A stretch of 53,917 bases of DNA from Methanobrevibacter sp. (GTDB taxonomy: Archaea; Methanobacteriota; Methanobacteria; Methanobacteriales; Methanobacteriaceae): assembly GCF_045586545.1 (NCBI RefSeq), contig NZ_JAZNAN010000064.1:1-53917 (forward strand), read 5' to 3'. The translations under genes and the position numbers were made by a program. Shown one piece after another: positions 8,901-15,591 of the stretch. Every line of letters starts with the position of its first letter. The stretch's first letter is position 1. The notes under the pieces are model-generated. The model was not told the origin of the DNA and did not search any database. It saw only the letters and a list, made by a program, of their open reading frames with translations.

Positions 8901-10742
8901 AAAATCTTCATCTAATTCTATTTCGCTTCTAATTGAAATATCTTTTAATAACGCTTCACTTTCATAGAATCTGTCTAATAAAACATCCATTGAATCAAGG
9001 AAAGCTCTCATCAGTTCTTCTGAATAAAATGACTCATCATAACTAATGTTAATGTTTCCGCTTTCGAAATTGAATACTAATTTATAATCTTTCTTATCAA
9101 ACTCATCAATGAAGAATAAAATTTCGCTTTCAAAGTTTAGTTTTTGATTATTTAAAAGAGGATATTTGTTGAATTCCTTGAATGATTTTTTAAAATCGCT
9201 TAAATATTCTTCTACGCTTAAATCTGTGTTGAAATGATAACCGGTAGCTTGTTTATTATATGCAATCAAAATATCTTTTGAAAATGAAAATTTAGTCAGA
9301 TTATATAAGAAAGTTGCAAGCAATAATTTTTCTTTTGATAAACGATATTTATTAGCCAGATTTTTCAATTTATCAATATCTATCGGTTTAGATATTTTTA
9401 TGAATTTTACTTTATCCCCGCTGACATCCGGAGAGATTGCAGTAGGATTATCAAAAGAGTTAATTAAATTATTATAATAGTTTTCCGCTTTGAAGAATTC
9501 TATTTCATTAACATTATAATCCCTGCATTTTTTAGAAGAATCCTGACTAACTTCTTTTATTAAATCTTTTAATCCCTGACCGATTAAATCAATTTCGCTT
9601 GCGCCGAAACAGGATTTGTCATATTCTATAAATATGGATTGAAGACCTTTTTTATCTGAGAAATTCTTATTGATTCTGAAGTGAAGTGGGAATTTAATGT
9701 CTTTTTGAAGTGTTAGAAATTTAGAATCATAATCTGTGGAATTTGACACTATTGAAATCATGGAAATGCAATCAGGATCAATACCTTCATTTCTCAAATC
9801 TGTAGTATATTCACTGAATTGTAATTTTGCATGGCTTAATCCTTCTTTTAGAACATTTTTTGAGTAACTGAGCAATTCATCAAATGTTAACTCTTCATTA
9901 TACTCCAACCTTAACGGAATGGTATTTACAAACATTCCCAAAGCATCATTCTGTCCGAAGTATCTTCCATGAACTGAAGTGTTTAAAACTAAATCTTTGA
10001 ATAATTTATTGTCTTTTTTAGATTTAGCCAAATATAAAAAACAAAGCGCTAAAGATGTGACAAATGGAGAATAATTGAAATTACGAACATTATCAAAAAG
10101 AACTTCGGCATAACCAAGTTCGGAATCCTCAAAAGAATACCAATCTTGAGAGTAGTCTTTTAGTGCATCCAACCAATATTTTTTATCGTTTTCAGCTTCG
10201 TCTGATTTTAAATAATCTAATTCTGCATCAACATATGTTTCATAGGAATAATCAAATGGAACAAATTCTGTGTTATTTTTAGCACATTCCACATACCTTT
10301 CAATTTCTTTAGGGACAATTGAATAAAGTGATGTTCCATCAAGCAGAATATGTTGCACAACACCTATAAGCACAGTTGAATCTTCTGTTTTCAAAACTGC
10401 CCATTTGTATAAAGGACTATCGAATATATCCTCAAAAGGATTATCCAAATAATCTTTTATAAAATCATCGATATCTTCGTCCACAATATCTAAAGAATCG
10501 ACATTAACACTACTAACATCACTGAAATATTGCTTAAAATCCCCATTTTCATCATATTTAATTTGTAAATTTAAATATTCTTTTGAAATACATTTTATAG
10601 CCGATTTTACAATTTCAAAATCCTCCAAATCATAATTTTTTCTAAATTTAAGATAGAAAGAATCATTATGAGGATTATTAATTTCTGAAAACAATAACAT
10701 TTTCTGAGCTGAAGATAAATTGAATAAATACATATGTCTCAT
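2913..10742 (-). CDS. Non-ribosomal peptide synthetase, C-(half C)-A-T-C-A-T-R, 2609 aa
   Basis: C motifs QHILLDG and HHIIVDG; two A domains (YTSGSTG.PKG, YGPTE, TGD/SGD, QIKLRGLRIE, NGK); T-domain Ser in LFSIGLTSL (7296-7298) and FFEIGGTSL (4239-4241); terminal reductase with TGATGFLG and YLNSK. Confidence 0.96.
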   Translation of the reverse strand: MRHMYLFNLSSAQKMLLFSEINNPHNDSFYLKFRKNYDLEDFEIVKSAIKCISKEYLNLQIKYDENGDFKQYFSDVSSVNVDSLDIVDEDIDDFIKDYLDNPFEDIFDSPLYKWAVLKTEDSTVLIGVVQHILLDGTSLYSIVPKEIERYVECAKNNTEFVPFDYSYETYVDAELDYLKSDEAENDKKYWLDALKDYSQDWYSFEDSELGYAEVLFDNVRNFNYSPFVTSLALCFLYLAKSKKDNKLFKDLVLNTSVHGRYFGQNDALGMFVNTIPLRLEYNEELTFDELLSYSKNVLKEGLSHAKLQFSEYTTDLRNEGIDPDCISMISIVSNSTDYDSKFLTLQKDIKFPLHFRINKNFSDKKGLQSIFIEYDKSCFGASEIDLIGQGLKDLIKEVSQDSSKKCRDYNVNEIEFFKAENYYNNLINSFDNPTAISPDVSGDKVKFIKISKPIDIDKLKNLANKYRLSKEKLLLATFLYNLTKFSFSKDILIAYNKQATGYHFNTDLSVEEYLSDFKKSFKEFNKYPLLNNQKLNFESEILFFIDEFDKKDYKLVFNFESGNINISYDESFYSEELMRAFLDSMDVLLDRFYESEALLKDISIRSEIELDEDFKIELANEGIVNKVFENIASENPDKTILYAEDGELKYDELNKKANKIANSLIKRGVEIEDRVMFMMRRNSDLIATVLGINKAGAAFIPIDPNYPKNRINQILEDSDSRFVITSSEIEYDGENRIDISELLEETDDANPEINLTPDNLCFLIYTSGSTGKPKGVMITHRGITNYIANVKENVPIYELNHKCNKFISISTVSFIVFLREIFGTILNGLPVVFANDEQAIDPLQLVELFKKTDAEGFGSTPTRLLEYLQLEEIQEVVGKCKVIIVGGEGFPPVLYDRLSKYTDADIYNSYGPTEVTIASHYKLIDSNEVTAGWKMLNVVDKIMDIDGNQLPAYVTGEIYVGGAGIARGYLNNLEQTKKVFLTLNNIPYYNTGDLGKKDGNGELYVSGRNDTQIKLRGLRIELSEIEGAIANYENIALSKVVVKKLNNVEHLCAYFTASEDINPEELKQHLVDSLPEYMVPSYFTQLDAFPKTPNGKTDFKNLPDPEIDVDEFIKPRTDIENELFDIVSEILGIEEFGVNTDLFSIGLTSLSVIKLTSAIYNSLNAQLNVTEILKYKTIERIASEIRIESNESSDVQELYPLTSNQLGVYFDCIKNPENTAYNLPKKMEFSEGIDVDKLKSSIITAIENHPYLKTRIVMDNGEVYQQRRDGLKVDGLIEIADEANLEEFVKPFKLDEGPLFRFKIVGDSMLLADFHHIIVDGTSLNILFDEISKIYDGKDYELEELDGFEYSLNEIKTEQSSLYKEAELFFSNKIKEFDDATVIAQDINGDESQGKASMIDIFLEKEPIDEFCSKSNISQNNLFLAATSFVLNKFVYNRDTLIATITNGRFNPNQQKTLAMMVKTLPLALKLNSDSTIKEYLEYVNGEWLNVLAYSSYPLTEISNEFDIAPEILYAYHGKIIEDIEIGGMTVERQSIDYEGLKFKINVNVVEVDNKYRIFCEYNDQLYSEGLISTFLDCIGIVLNKFQTFDENTLMKDISIIENDNWSVDDLEYDEIPEDRLNKIFENQVELHPDRVILYATDGEFTYSQLNEKANRIAHSLIKRGVGPEDRVMFILNRNSNLIASAFGILKAGGAFIPVDSEYPSERIEHVLTDSESKFIIVDDVIEKKGIDLSDYSENLLDVNELLEEEDTTNPDPDVHANNMAYLIYTSGSTGLPKGVILEHGNIANFVYPDPRNVCTYELVHNLEKEDYKVLSTTTVAFDVFQQELMGSLLNGVPMVFANDTEYKDPIEMMDLIHKSGANVYIATPSRLLQYLEIEAMQETMYGFKVYIHAGEPFSQRLYELLSENSNGKLFNMYGPTETTVYCNGTLLESPDIHIGKELFNVHERVMDFDSNPLPPNVIGELFIGGKGVSREYLNRPEKNAESYEVINGIRFYHSGDFVKVTEDGDYYVFGRMDNQIKLRGLRIEIGEIEVGLSKFPGIKSVAVVVKKIKGNDHLCAYFTVHDEYKDENREENGYSIDIDDLKASLAEKLVYYMVPTVYMELDEMPQTANGKTDLRNLPEPILITEYVAPENDIEAFFANLFAEILGLDEVSVTDNFFEIGGTSLLVTKITMEALNRNYNLSYGDVFSNPTPRALSEFILSDKSVEKKSELSYDYSKINEFLKKNNLETIINGEIQDSLGNILLTGATGFLGIHVLREILENEMGDVYCFIRSNKVLSGEERLKSLLFYYFSNEYAEQFSERLHVIEGDITSFADFEKLIPEKIDTVINCAANVKHFSSGTDIEDINLGGVINGLKFAKMKSAKYVQVSTYSIAGESINNYPPIDVKFTENDLFIGQAVDNQYLNSKFLAERAVLEAAVEDDLDVKIMRVGNLMARSSDSEFQINFESNGFINRLKAFVTIGKMPYSMLMSNVEFSPIDMTAKAIVNLSKTPKECTVFHPYDYHSVCFGDIIDIIKPLGLDIEPAEEEDYENALDEALADKSKQEGVSGLITSIGSGKVKKIWMPVDNTYTVQALYRLGIKWPFVSEEYIYNFIKFLDDLDFFSV

Positions 10743-10876
10743 CCCGCCTTGATTTGAGTCATTTCATTAAAAAAAAAATGATTTCATCCTATTTAATTAA
10801 TAATATATAAAAAACCCATATAAATTTTTTATAATTTATAATCTTTAACATTTATAAAAAAAATTTGTGAATAGTT

Positions 10877-10930
10877 AAAAGAAAGAAAAATAGTAATGGC
10901 GTTAAAGGAAAATATTCCCCTCAAATTAAC
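10877..10930 (-). terminator. Hairpin plus T-rich tract after the 20-aa ORF
   Basis: Minus strand AGGGGAA-TATT-TTCCTTT stem (with G.U pairs) followed by TTTTTCTTTCTTTT. Confidence 0.5.
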
Positions 10931-10937
10931 AACACAC

Positions 10938-11000
10938 CTAAAAAGGATATCCGGGAACAGTCCACCAACGTCTCCAATCAATGAAATCAAAGAAATCCAT
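10938..11000 (-). CDS. Unannotated 20-aa aromatic-rich peptide MDFFDFIDWRRWWTVPGYPF
   Basis: ATG at 11000-10998, TAG at 10940-10938; perfect SD GGAGGTGA (11012-11005) 4 nt upstream; GC-richer than flanks; BRE/TATA upstream, hairpin and T-tract downstream. Confidence 0.65.
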   Translation of the reverse strand: MDFFDFIDWRRWWTVPGYPF

Positions 11001-11109
11001 ATTCTCACCTCCAAAAATCTATTTTTTTAATTCAACAGTTTCGATACAAATATTTTTAAGTTTTTCAGTTTTGAACTATCACACTTAATACTTAGTATAT
11101 TAAAGGCCA

Positions 11110-11146
11110 TATATAAATTTTTTCGAATGTAAGCGCTCACTTGCAT
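11110..11146 (-). promoter_or_regulatory. BRE/TATA promoter with adjacent imperfect palindrome
   Basis: Minus strand CGAAAAAA-TTTATATA (11125-11110); ATGTAAG-N6-CTTGCAT at 11127-11146. Confidence 0.5.
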
Positions 11147-11503
11147 CTTAAAATTATAAAAAAAGAAATTTAAACAATTATTTAGAAAAAATAAGCAATT
11201 TAAAAAATAATATACTATAAAAAAGCCATGAATACAATTAATTATTTTTTAATTTTTAATAGAGGTCTAACTCTACTTTAGTCAACTCCCCTTGTCATCA
11301 TATTCTAACCGGCAGGGGTTTTTGCACCGATTGTGAACTTGACAACCCCCTACACCAACCGTTAATCTCTTAAGAAAAAGAAAATATTGCCATCATATTG
11401 CCCGGAATGCCACTTTATTGATGAATCCCTCCATCATGCCAACCTACATACTTGAACAAAATATTTAAAATTAATATAAAACAAAAATAATTATAGTGAT
11501 TTT

Positions 11504-11803
11504 ATGAATATTATTAAAAATTATAATGAAAAAGAGTTAACATTTTCAATTGAAGGCCGTATTGATACAATAACTTCGCAAGAATTAGATAATGAGATTC
11601 AGGAGGAAATAGGTAATTTCGACTCATTGGTAATGGATTTTAATGATGTGGAATACATCTCAAGTGCAGGACTTAGAGTTCTAATTGCAACCCAAAAGAA
11701 ACTGAAACCCGAAAATATTCCATTTATTATCAAAAATGTTAATGATAGTGTTAGTGAAATATTCAGAATGTCAGGTTTTGATAAAATCCTCAAGATAAAA
11801 TGA
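11504..11803 (+). CDS. STAS-domain anti-sigma factor antagonist (RsbV/SpoIIAA-like)
   Basis: GRIDT and DFNDVEYISSAGLRVL (phospho-acceptor Ser), IFRMSGF. Confidence 0.93.
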   Translation: MNIIKNYNEKELTFSIEGRIDTITSQELDNEIQEEIGNFDSLVMDFNDVEYISSAGLRVLIATQKKLKPENIPFIIKNVNDSVSEIFRMSGFDKILKIK

Positions 11804-12177
11804 ATACAATTACATTAAAACCAGAAATAAACGAATTATACACTTTAAACGAGTTTATTTTAAATAAACTTCCAAAAGAAAATTTTCAAATCAATCTAAT
11901 CGTTGAAGAGGTTTTTGTAAATATTGTTTATTATTCAAAAACTGATTTTATTACAGTTAATGCAGAGTATGAAAATGAAACATTGACATTGGAGTTTATT
12001 GACAATGGAATTGAATTTAATCCTCTTTTAAAAGAAGATCCTAAAACTCCTGAAAACATTGATGACACTCAAATCGGAGGATTGGGTATTTTTTTAGCTA
12101 AAAAAATGGCTGATGAACTGGATTATCACTACATAAATGGTGAAAATCACTTGAAAATAATTAAAAAAGTGGAATGA
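11800..12177 (+). CDS. Anti-sigma factor Ser/Thr kinase (RsbW/SpoIIAB-like HATPase)
   Basis: EEVFVNIVYY (N box), IDNGIEFNPL (G1), GGLGIFL (G2); ATGA overlap with STAS gene. Confidence 0.9.
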   Translation: MNTITLKPEINELYTLNEFILNKLPKENFQINLIVEEVFVNIVYYSKTDFITVNAEYENETLTLEFIDNGIEFNPLLKEDPKTPENIDDTQIGGLGIFLAKKMADELDYHYINGENHLKIIKKVE

Positions 12178-14048
12178 TGAAATCTAAACTAAAAAAAATA
12201 GCAATATCTTTTATATTAATATTACTAATTAATATCCTATTTTCTCCAACATTTTTTTGGGAATTAGGATTGGAAAATCCCCACGTTGGACTGTTATTTG
12301 TTTTAGGTTTATTATTTGGCCCATATGGTGCTTTAGGTGCAGTACTTGCAAATATACTATTGGATTTTTTAAATGGATTCAGTCCAATCGAAATAATTGC
12401 TTCAGCCATTTTCAGTTTTGGAGTTTCCTATTTAGCATATAAACTTTGGTATTCTGGTTTTAAAGCCAAAGAAATTACAAAACCAAAATTAGATAATACT
12501 TATCACCTACTTCTATTCTTATCAATCATATCTATATGTGGATTGGTCTATTCCGCAATTCATGGAAATTTATTAGGCATTTTTATCGAACCTAAAATAA
12601 GTATCTATTACTTCATTACATATTTTTTAAACTTTATTAATGTTGCATTTATTTTTGGAATACTAATTTTGTTGTTTTCTGATAAAATTGATTTTATAGA
12701 AACTCCTAAATCATCAAAAAAAGTTATCAATAAAAGATTATATCGAATAATATTTTATTTATTAATTATTGCTACAATAATTGCATCCATATCCGCAATT
12801 GTAGGTATGGACAGAAATATTATGACTGGAGTAACAATATTAGTTGGAATCTTATTATTCGGTTATCTGACAAAACCTTTTGTATTTGAAATCCAACCTA
12901 ATGATGAAGACACAATAATTGAAAAGATTATGAGGAATTTTCTCATAATAATACTGGTCATTACAATTTTTGGAGTATTAATTTCCATTTTAAGTTATAA
13001 TTTTATTACTCAGATTAACAATATAAATCCATATATATATTTAATGCCTTTACTCTTCATAACTGACGTGAGTATACTCTTATTCTTCATTCCGGGAATT
13101 ATTATTTTCAGATATGTTGAAACGAAAGTAATTCAGCCTATTTCATCATTTTCTGAAATTGAAAGGTTTATTAAGGAAGACGAAAAAATCGAAGCCGAAG
13201 GATTGGTGAATGTCTATTCCAAATATATCAATGAAAAAACTGAAATTGGGACACTTGCCCGCTCTTATACTGATTTAATCAAACATAATAACAATTATAT
13301 TGAGAATATTCGCGAAATTGAAGGTGAAAAGGAACGCATTAATGCGGAACTGGATATTGCAACTAAAATTCAAGCAGCCAGCCTTCCTACCGAGGAAATT
13401 GAGTGTGATGAATTCATTGTTAATGGATTTTCTCAACCTGCCAAAGAGGTTGGAGGAGACTTTTTCGATTATTACATGATAGATGAGGATAATTTGGCCA
13501 TTGTAATTGGTGATGCATCAGGCAAAGGTGTTCCAGCAGCGCTAGTCGCAATGATTACTCAGGTTGTAATTAAACAAATGATTAAACACGACCAAGATCC
13601 ATCAAAAATACTGCACTCGCTAAATAATCAATTATGTCAAAACAACCCTGAATCCATGTTTATAACATTATGGCTTGGAATCTATAATAAAACAACTCAA
13701 AAAGTAACATTTTCAAATGCGGGACACAATCCCCCGTTAATAAGAGAAAATGATGAATTTAGATATTTGGATATTGATAGTGGAATCGTTTTAGGAGTTA
13801 TGGAAGATTTTGAATATGTAACCGAAGAGTTAACATTGACAGATGAATTGATTACCTATACTGATGGAATAACTGATGCCAATAACAGCAATGATGATAT
13901 GTACGGTGAAGATAAATTATTAAACTTCTTTAATGAATTCAAAAGTGATAACGATCCTATTCGACCATTATTAAAAGATATTGATAACTTTACTGAAAAT
14001 CAAGCCCAATTTGATGACATGACACTAGTATATTTAAAGATAAAATGA
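12174..14048 (+). CDS. Membrane-bound PP2C/SpoIIE (RsbU-like) serine phosphatase
   Basis: Multi-TM N-terminus (GLLFGPYGALG), coiled linker, GGDFFD, IGDASGKG, NAGH, YTDG, DDMT. Confidence 0.93.
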   Translation: MMKSKLKKIAISFILILLINILFSPTFFWELGLENPHVGLLFVLGLLFGPYGALGAVLANILLDFLNGFSPIEIIASAIFSFGVSYLAYKLWYSGFKAKEITKPKLDNTYHLLLFLSIISICGLVYSAIHGNLLGIFIEPKISIYYFITYFLNFINVAFIFGILILLFSDKIDFIETPKSSKKVINKRLYRIIFYLLIIATIIASISAIVGMDRNIMTGVTILVGILLFGYLTKPFVFEIQPNDEDTIIEKIMRNFLIIILVITIFGVLISILSYNFITQINNINPYIYLMPLLFITDVSILLFFIPGIIIFRYVETKVIQPISSFSEIERFIKEDEKIEAEGLVNVYSKYINEKTEIGTLARSYTDLIKHNNNYIENIREIEGEKERINAELDIATKIQAASLPTEEIECDEFIVNGFSQPAKEVGGDFFDYYMIDEDNLAIVIGDASGKGVPAALVAMITQVVIKQMIKHDQDPSKILHSLNNQLCQNNPESMFITLWLGIYNKTTQKVTFSNAGHNPPLIRENDEFRYLDIDSGIVLGVMEDFEYVTEELTLTDELITYTDGITDANNSNDDMYGEDKLLNFFNEFKSDNDPIRPLLKDIDNFTENQAQFDDMTLVYLKIK

Positions 14049-14680
14049 TTAAGATAGCTTATTGTAATGTGGAAAATTTAGATTTGAAAAAGGCTTACGG
14101 ATTGGTTCCTAAAAATCGTCAGGAAAAAATAGATTTCTATAGATTTGACAAGGATAAAAAGCTAAGTGCCGGAGCATATCTGCTTTTGAAAAAACTACTT
14201 GATGAGGAGAATATCACAAAACCCGTTTTTAAAACTGAAAAATATGGCAAAGCATACATCTCAAACTATGACAACATACATTTTAATCTGAGTCATTCAG
14301 GTAAAATAGTTTTATGTGCAATATCTGATATGGAAGTTGGAGTTGATGTTGAATATAACGACCCTGCAATTGATTTAAACATAGCAAAAAATTACTTCTA
14401 CAACAGTGAATATGAAAGCATCATGAAATCCAATGAACCATCAGCGGAATTCTTCAAATATTGGGTTTTAAAAGAAAGTTATATGAAATATACTGGCCTT
14501 GGAATGAATTTAGAATTAGATAGCTTTGAAATAATAATCAAAGATAGAATTAGACTTAAAAATGATGATGAAAATTTAAGATTTAATTTGTTTGATATTG
14601 ATCAATATAAAATAGGAATCAGCAGCCATTATGATGTTAGCGAGTTAATCGAATATAATGTCAATGAACTACTAAATTAA
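14045..14680 (+). CDS. Sfp-type 4'-phosphopantetheinyl transferase
   Basis: YGK, FNLSHSG, VGVDVE, WVLKESYMK motifs; ATGA overlap with phosphatase. Confidence 0.95.
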   Translation: MIKIAYCNVENLDLKKAYGLVPKNRQEKIDFYRFDKDKKLSAGAYLLLKKLLDEENITKPVFKTEKYGKAYISNYDNIHFNLSHSGKIVLCAISDMEVGVDVEYNDPAIDLNIAKNYFYNSEYESIMKSNEPSAEFFKYWVLKESYMKYTGLGMNLELDSFEIIIKDRIRLKNDDENLRFNLFDIDQYKIGISSHYDVSELIEYNVNELLN

Positions 14681-14714
14681 ACCTCCCCAACCTTAAAGAG
14701 GTTAGGGCATTCTT
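14677..14714 (-). mobile_element. Orphan IS200/IS605-like right-end hairpin
   Basis: Minus strand AAGAATG-CCCTAACCT-CTTTA-AGGTTGGGG-AGGTTTAA aligns with 289-325, with compensatory stem changes. Confidence 0.65.
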
Positions 14715-14782
14715 TCATTATAAGATAAAAATATTTAAAAAAATTATTTAAATTTAAAGACAAAAAATTAATCAAAGGAGGT

Positions 14783-15491
14783 GTGAAAATAAAAAAAGCT
14801 ACAACAATAGTTTTGATATCTCTAATATTTCTGTTATCTTTATCCTACACTTATGCACAGGATTTAAATGATGAAAATGATGAGCTGAATTTAGATTCAA
14901 ATGATTTGCAACAATTAGAAATGACACCCCCCCTCTGACGATGAGTCTTCTGATGAAACTCTTTTAGCCAGCGAATCAACAAGCGATACTAACCAACAGG
15001 CTTATTTAGTATTGGATAATGATGCAGATAAAGAGAATATCTGCCTTGGAGATACTGTTACATGGATTGTAAGCGTCCTAAACAAAGGCCCTGATACTGC
15101 AAAAAACGTTAAAGTATCTGACCAATTGCCTGATGGTTTAAAATATATCAAACACACAACCACTAAAGGAACATTCGATCCAGCATCAGGAATATGGGAT
15201 ATAGGCGATTTAAGTGTAGACGATGGAGAAGTATTCCTAAATATACTTACCAAATCAGTATCTGTTGGTGAAAAAATAAACAAGGCAAAATTAACAAGCG
15301 ACACCGACAATCTGAATGATAATGGAAGCTATGAAGAAGAGATAGATGTTTTTGAAAACTCTGGAAATTCAGAATCTGAAAAGCTTCACAAATCTGCACA
15401 TACAGTTATGCACCCAACCTCAAATCCAATCGCCATGATTGTTATTTCATTATTTGCAATTCTGATATCCTTTAAAAGAATCAGAATATAA
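14783..15491 (+). pseudogene. Secreted DUF11-like adhesin/surface protein, frameshifted at C7 tract (14927-14933)
   Basis: SD GGAGGTG; signal peptide KIKKATTIVLISLIFLLSLSYTYA; acidic linker; removing one C joins it to ORF 15012-15491 (GDTVTW..V.N.GPD.A.NV.V.D.LP.GL, WDIGDL; C-terminal MHPTSNPI + TM + basic tail). Confidence 0.82.
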
Positions 15492-15530
15492 TTCTGCATA
15501 ACATGAAATTTTAAAAAAAAGAATAAAAAA

Positions 15531-15548
15531 AGGGATTATATAATCCCT
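15531..15548. terminator. Perfect palindrome between convergent genes
   Basis: AGGGATTAT/ATAATCCCT preceded by A-tracts. Confidence 0.55.
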
Positions 15549-15591
15549 ATCTATTTATTTCTGTGGATGGAAAATTAAACAACAATATAAA

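Noticed and set aside
10829-11014. 61-aa ORF from the track (MEVRIWISL...)
   Set aside because: Its TTG start overlaps the SD of the 20-aa ORF in another frame, it has no SD of its own and runs through terminator-like DNA.
11385-11445. Fluoride-riboswitch-like GATGGAG...TTCATCA on the minus strand; also a 14-aa ORF MMEGFINKVAFRAI
   Set aside because: Downstream pseudoknot partner is missing and no fluoride-related gene follows; the ORF has no convincing SD.
15012-15491. Stand-alone 159-aa CDS
   Set aside because: It is the 3' part of the frameshifted gene starting near 14783.
15531-15548. Perfect palindromes (also 35308-35326, 39728-39750, 41515-41535) as a repeat family
   Set aside because: Sequences are unrelated to each other and sit at gene 3' ends next to T/A tracts; ordinary terminators.
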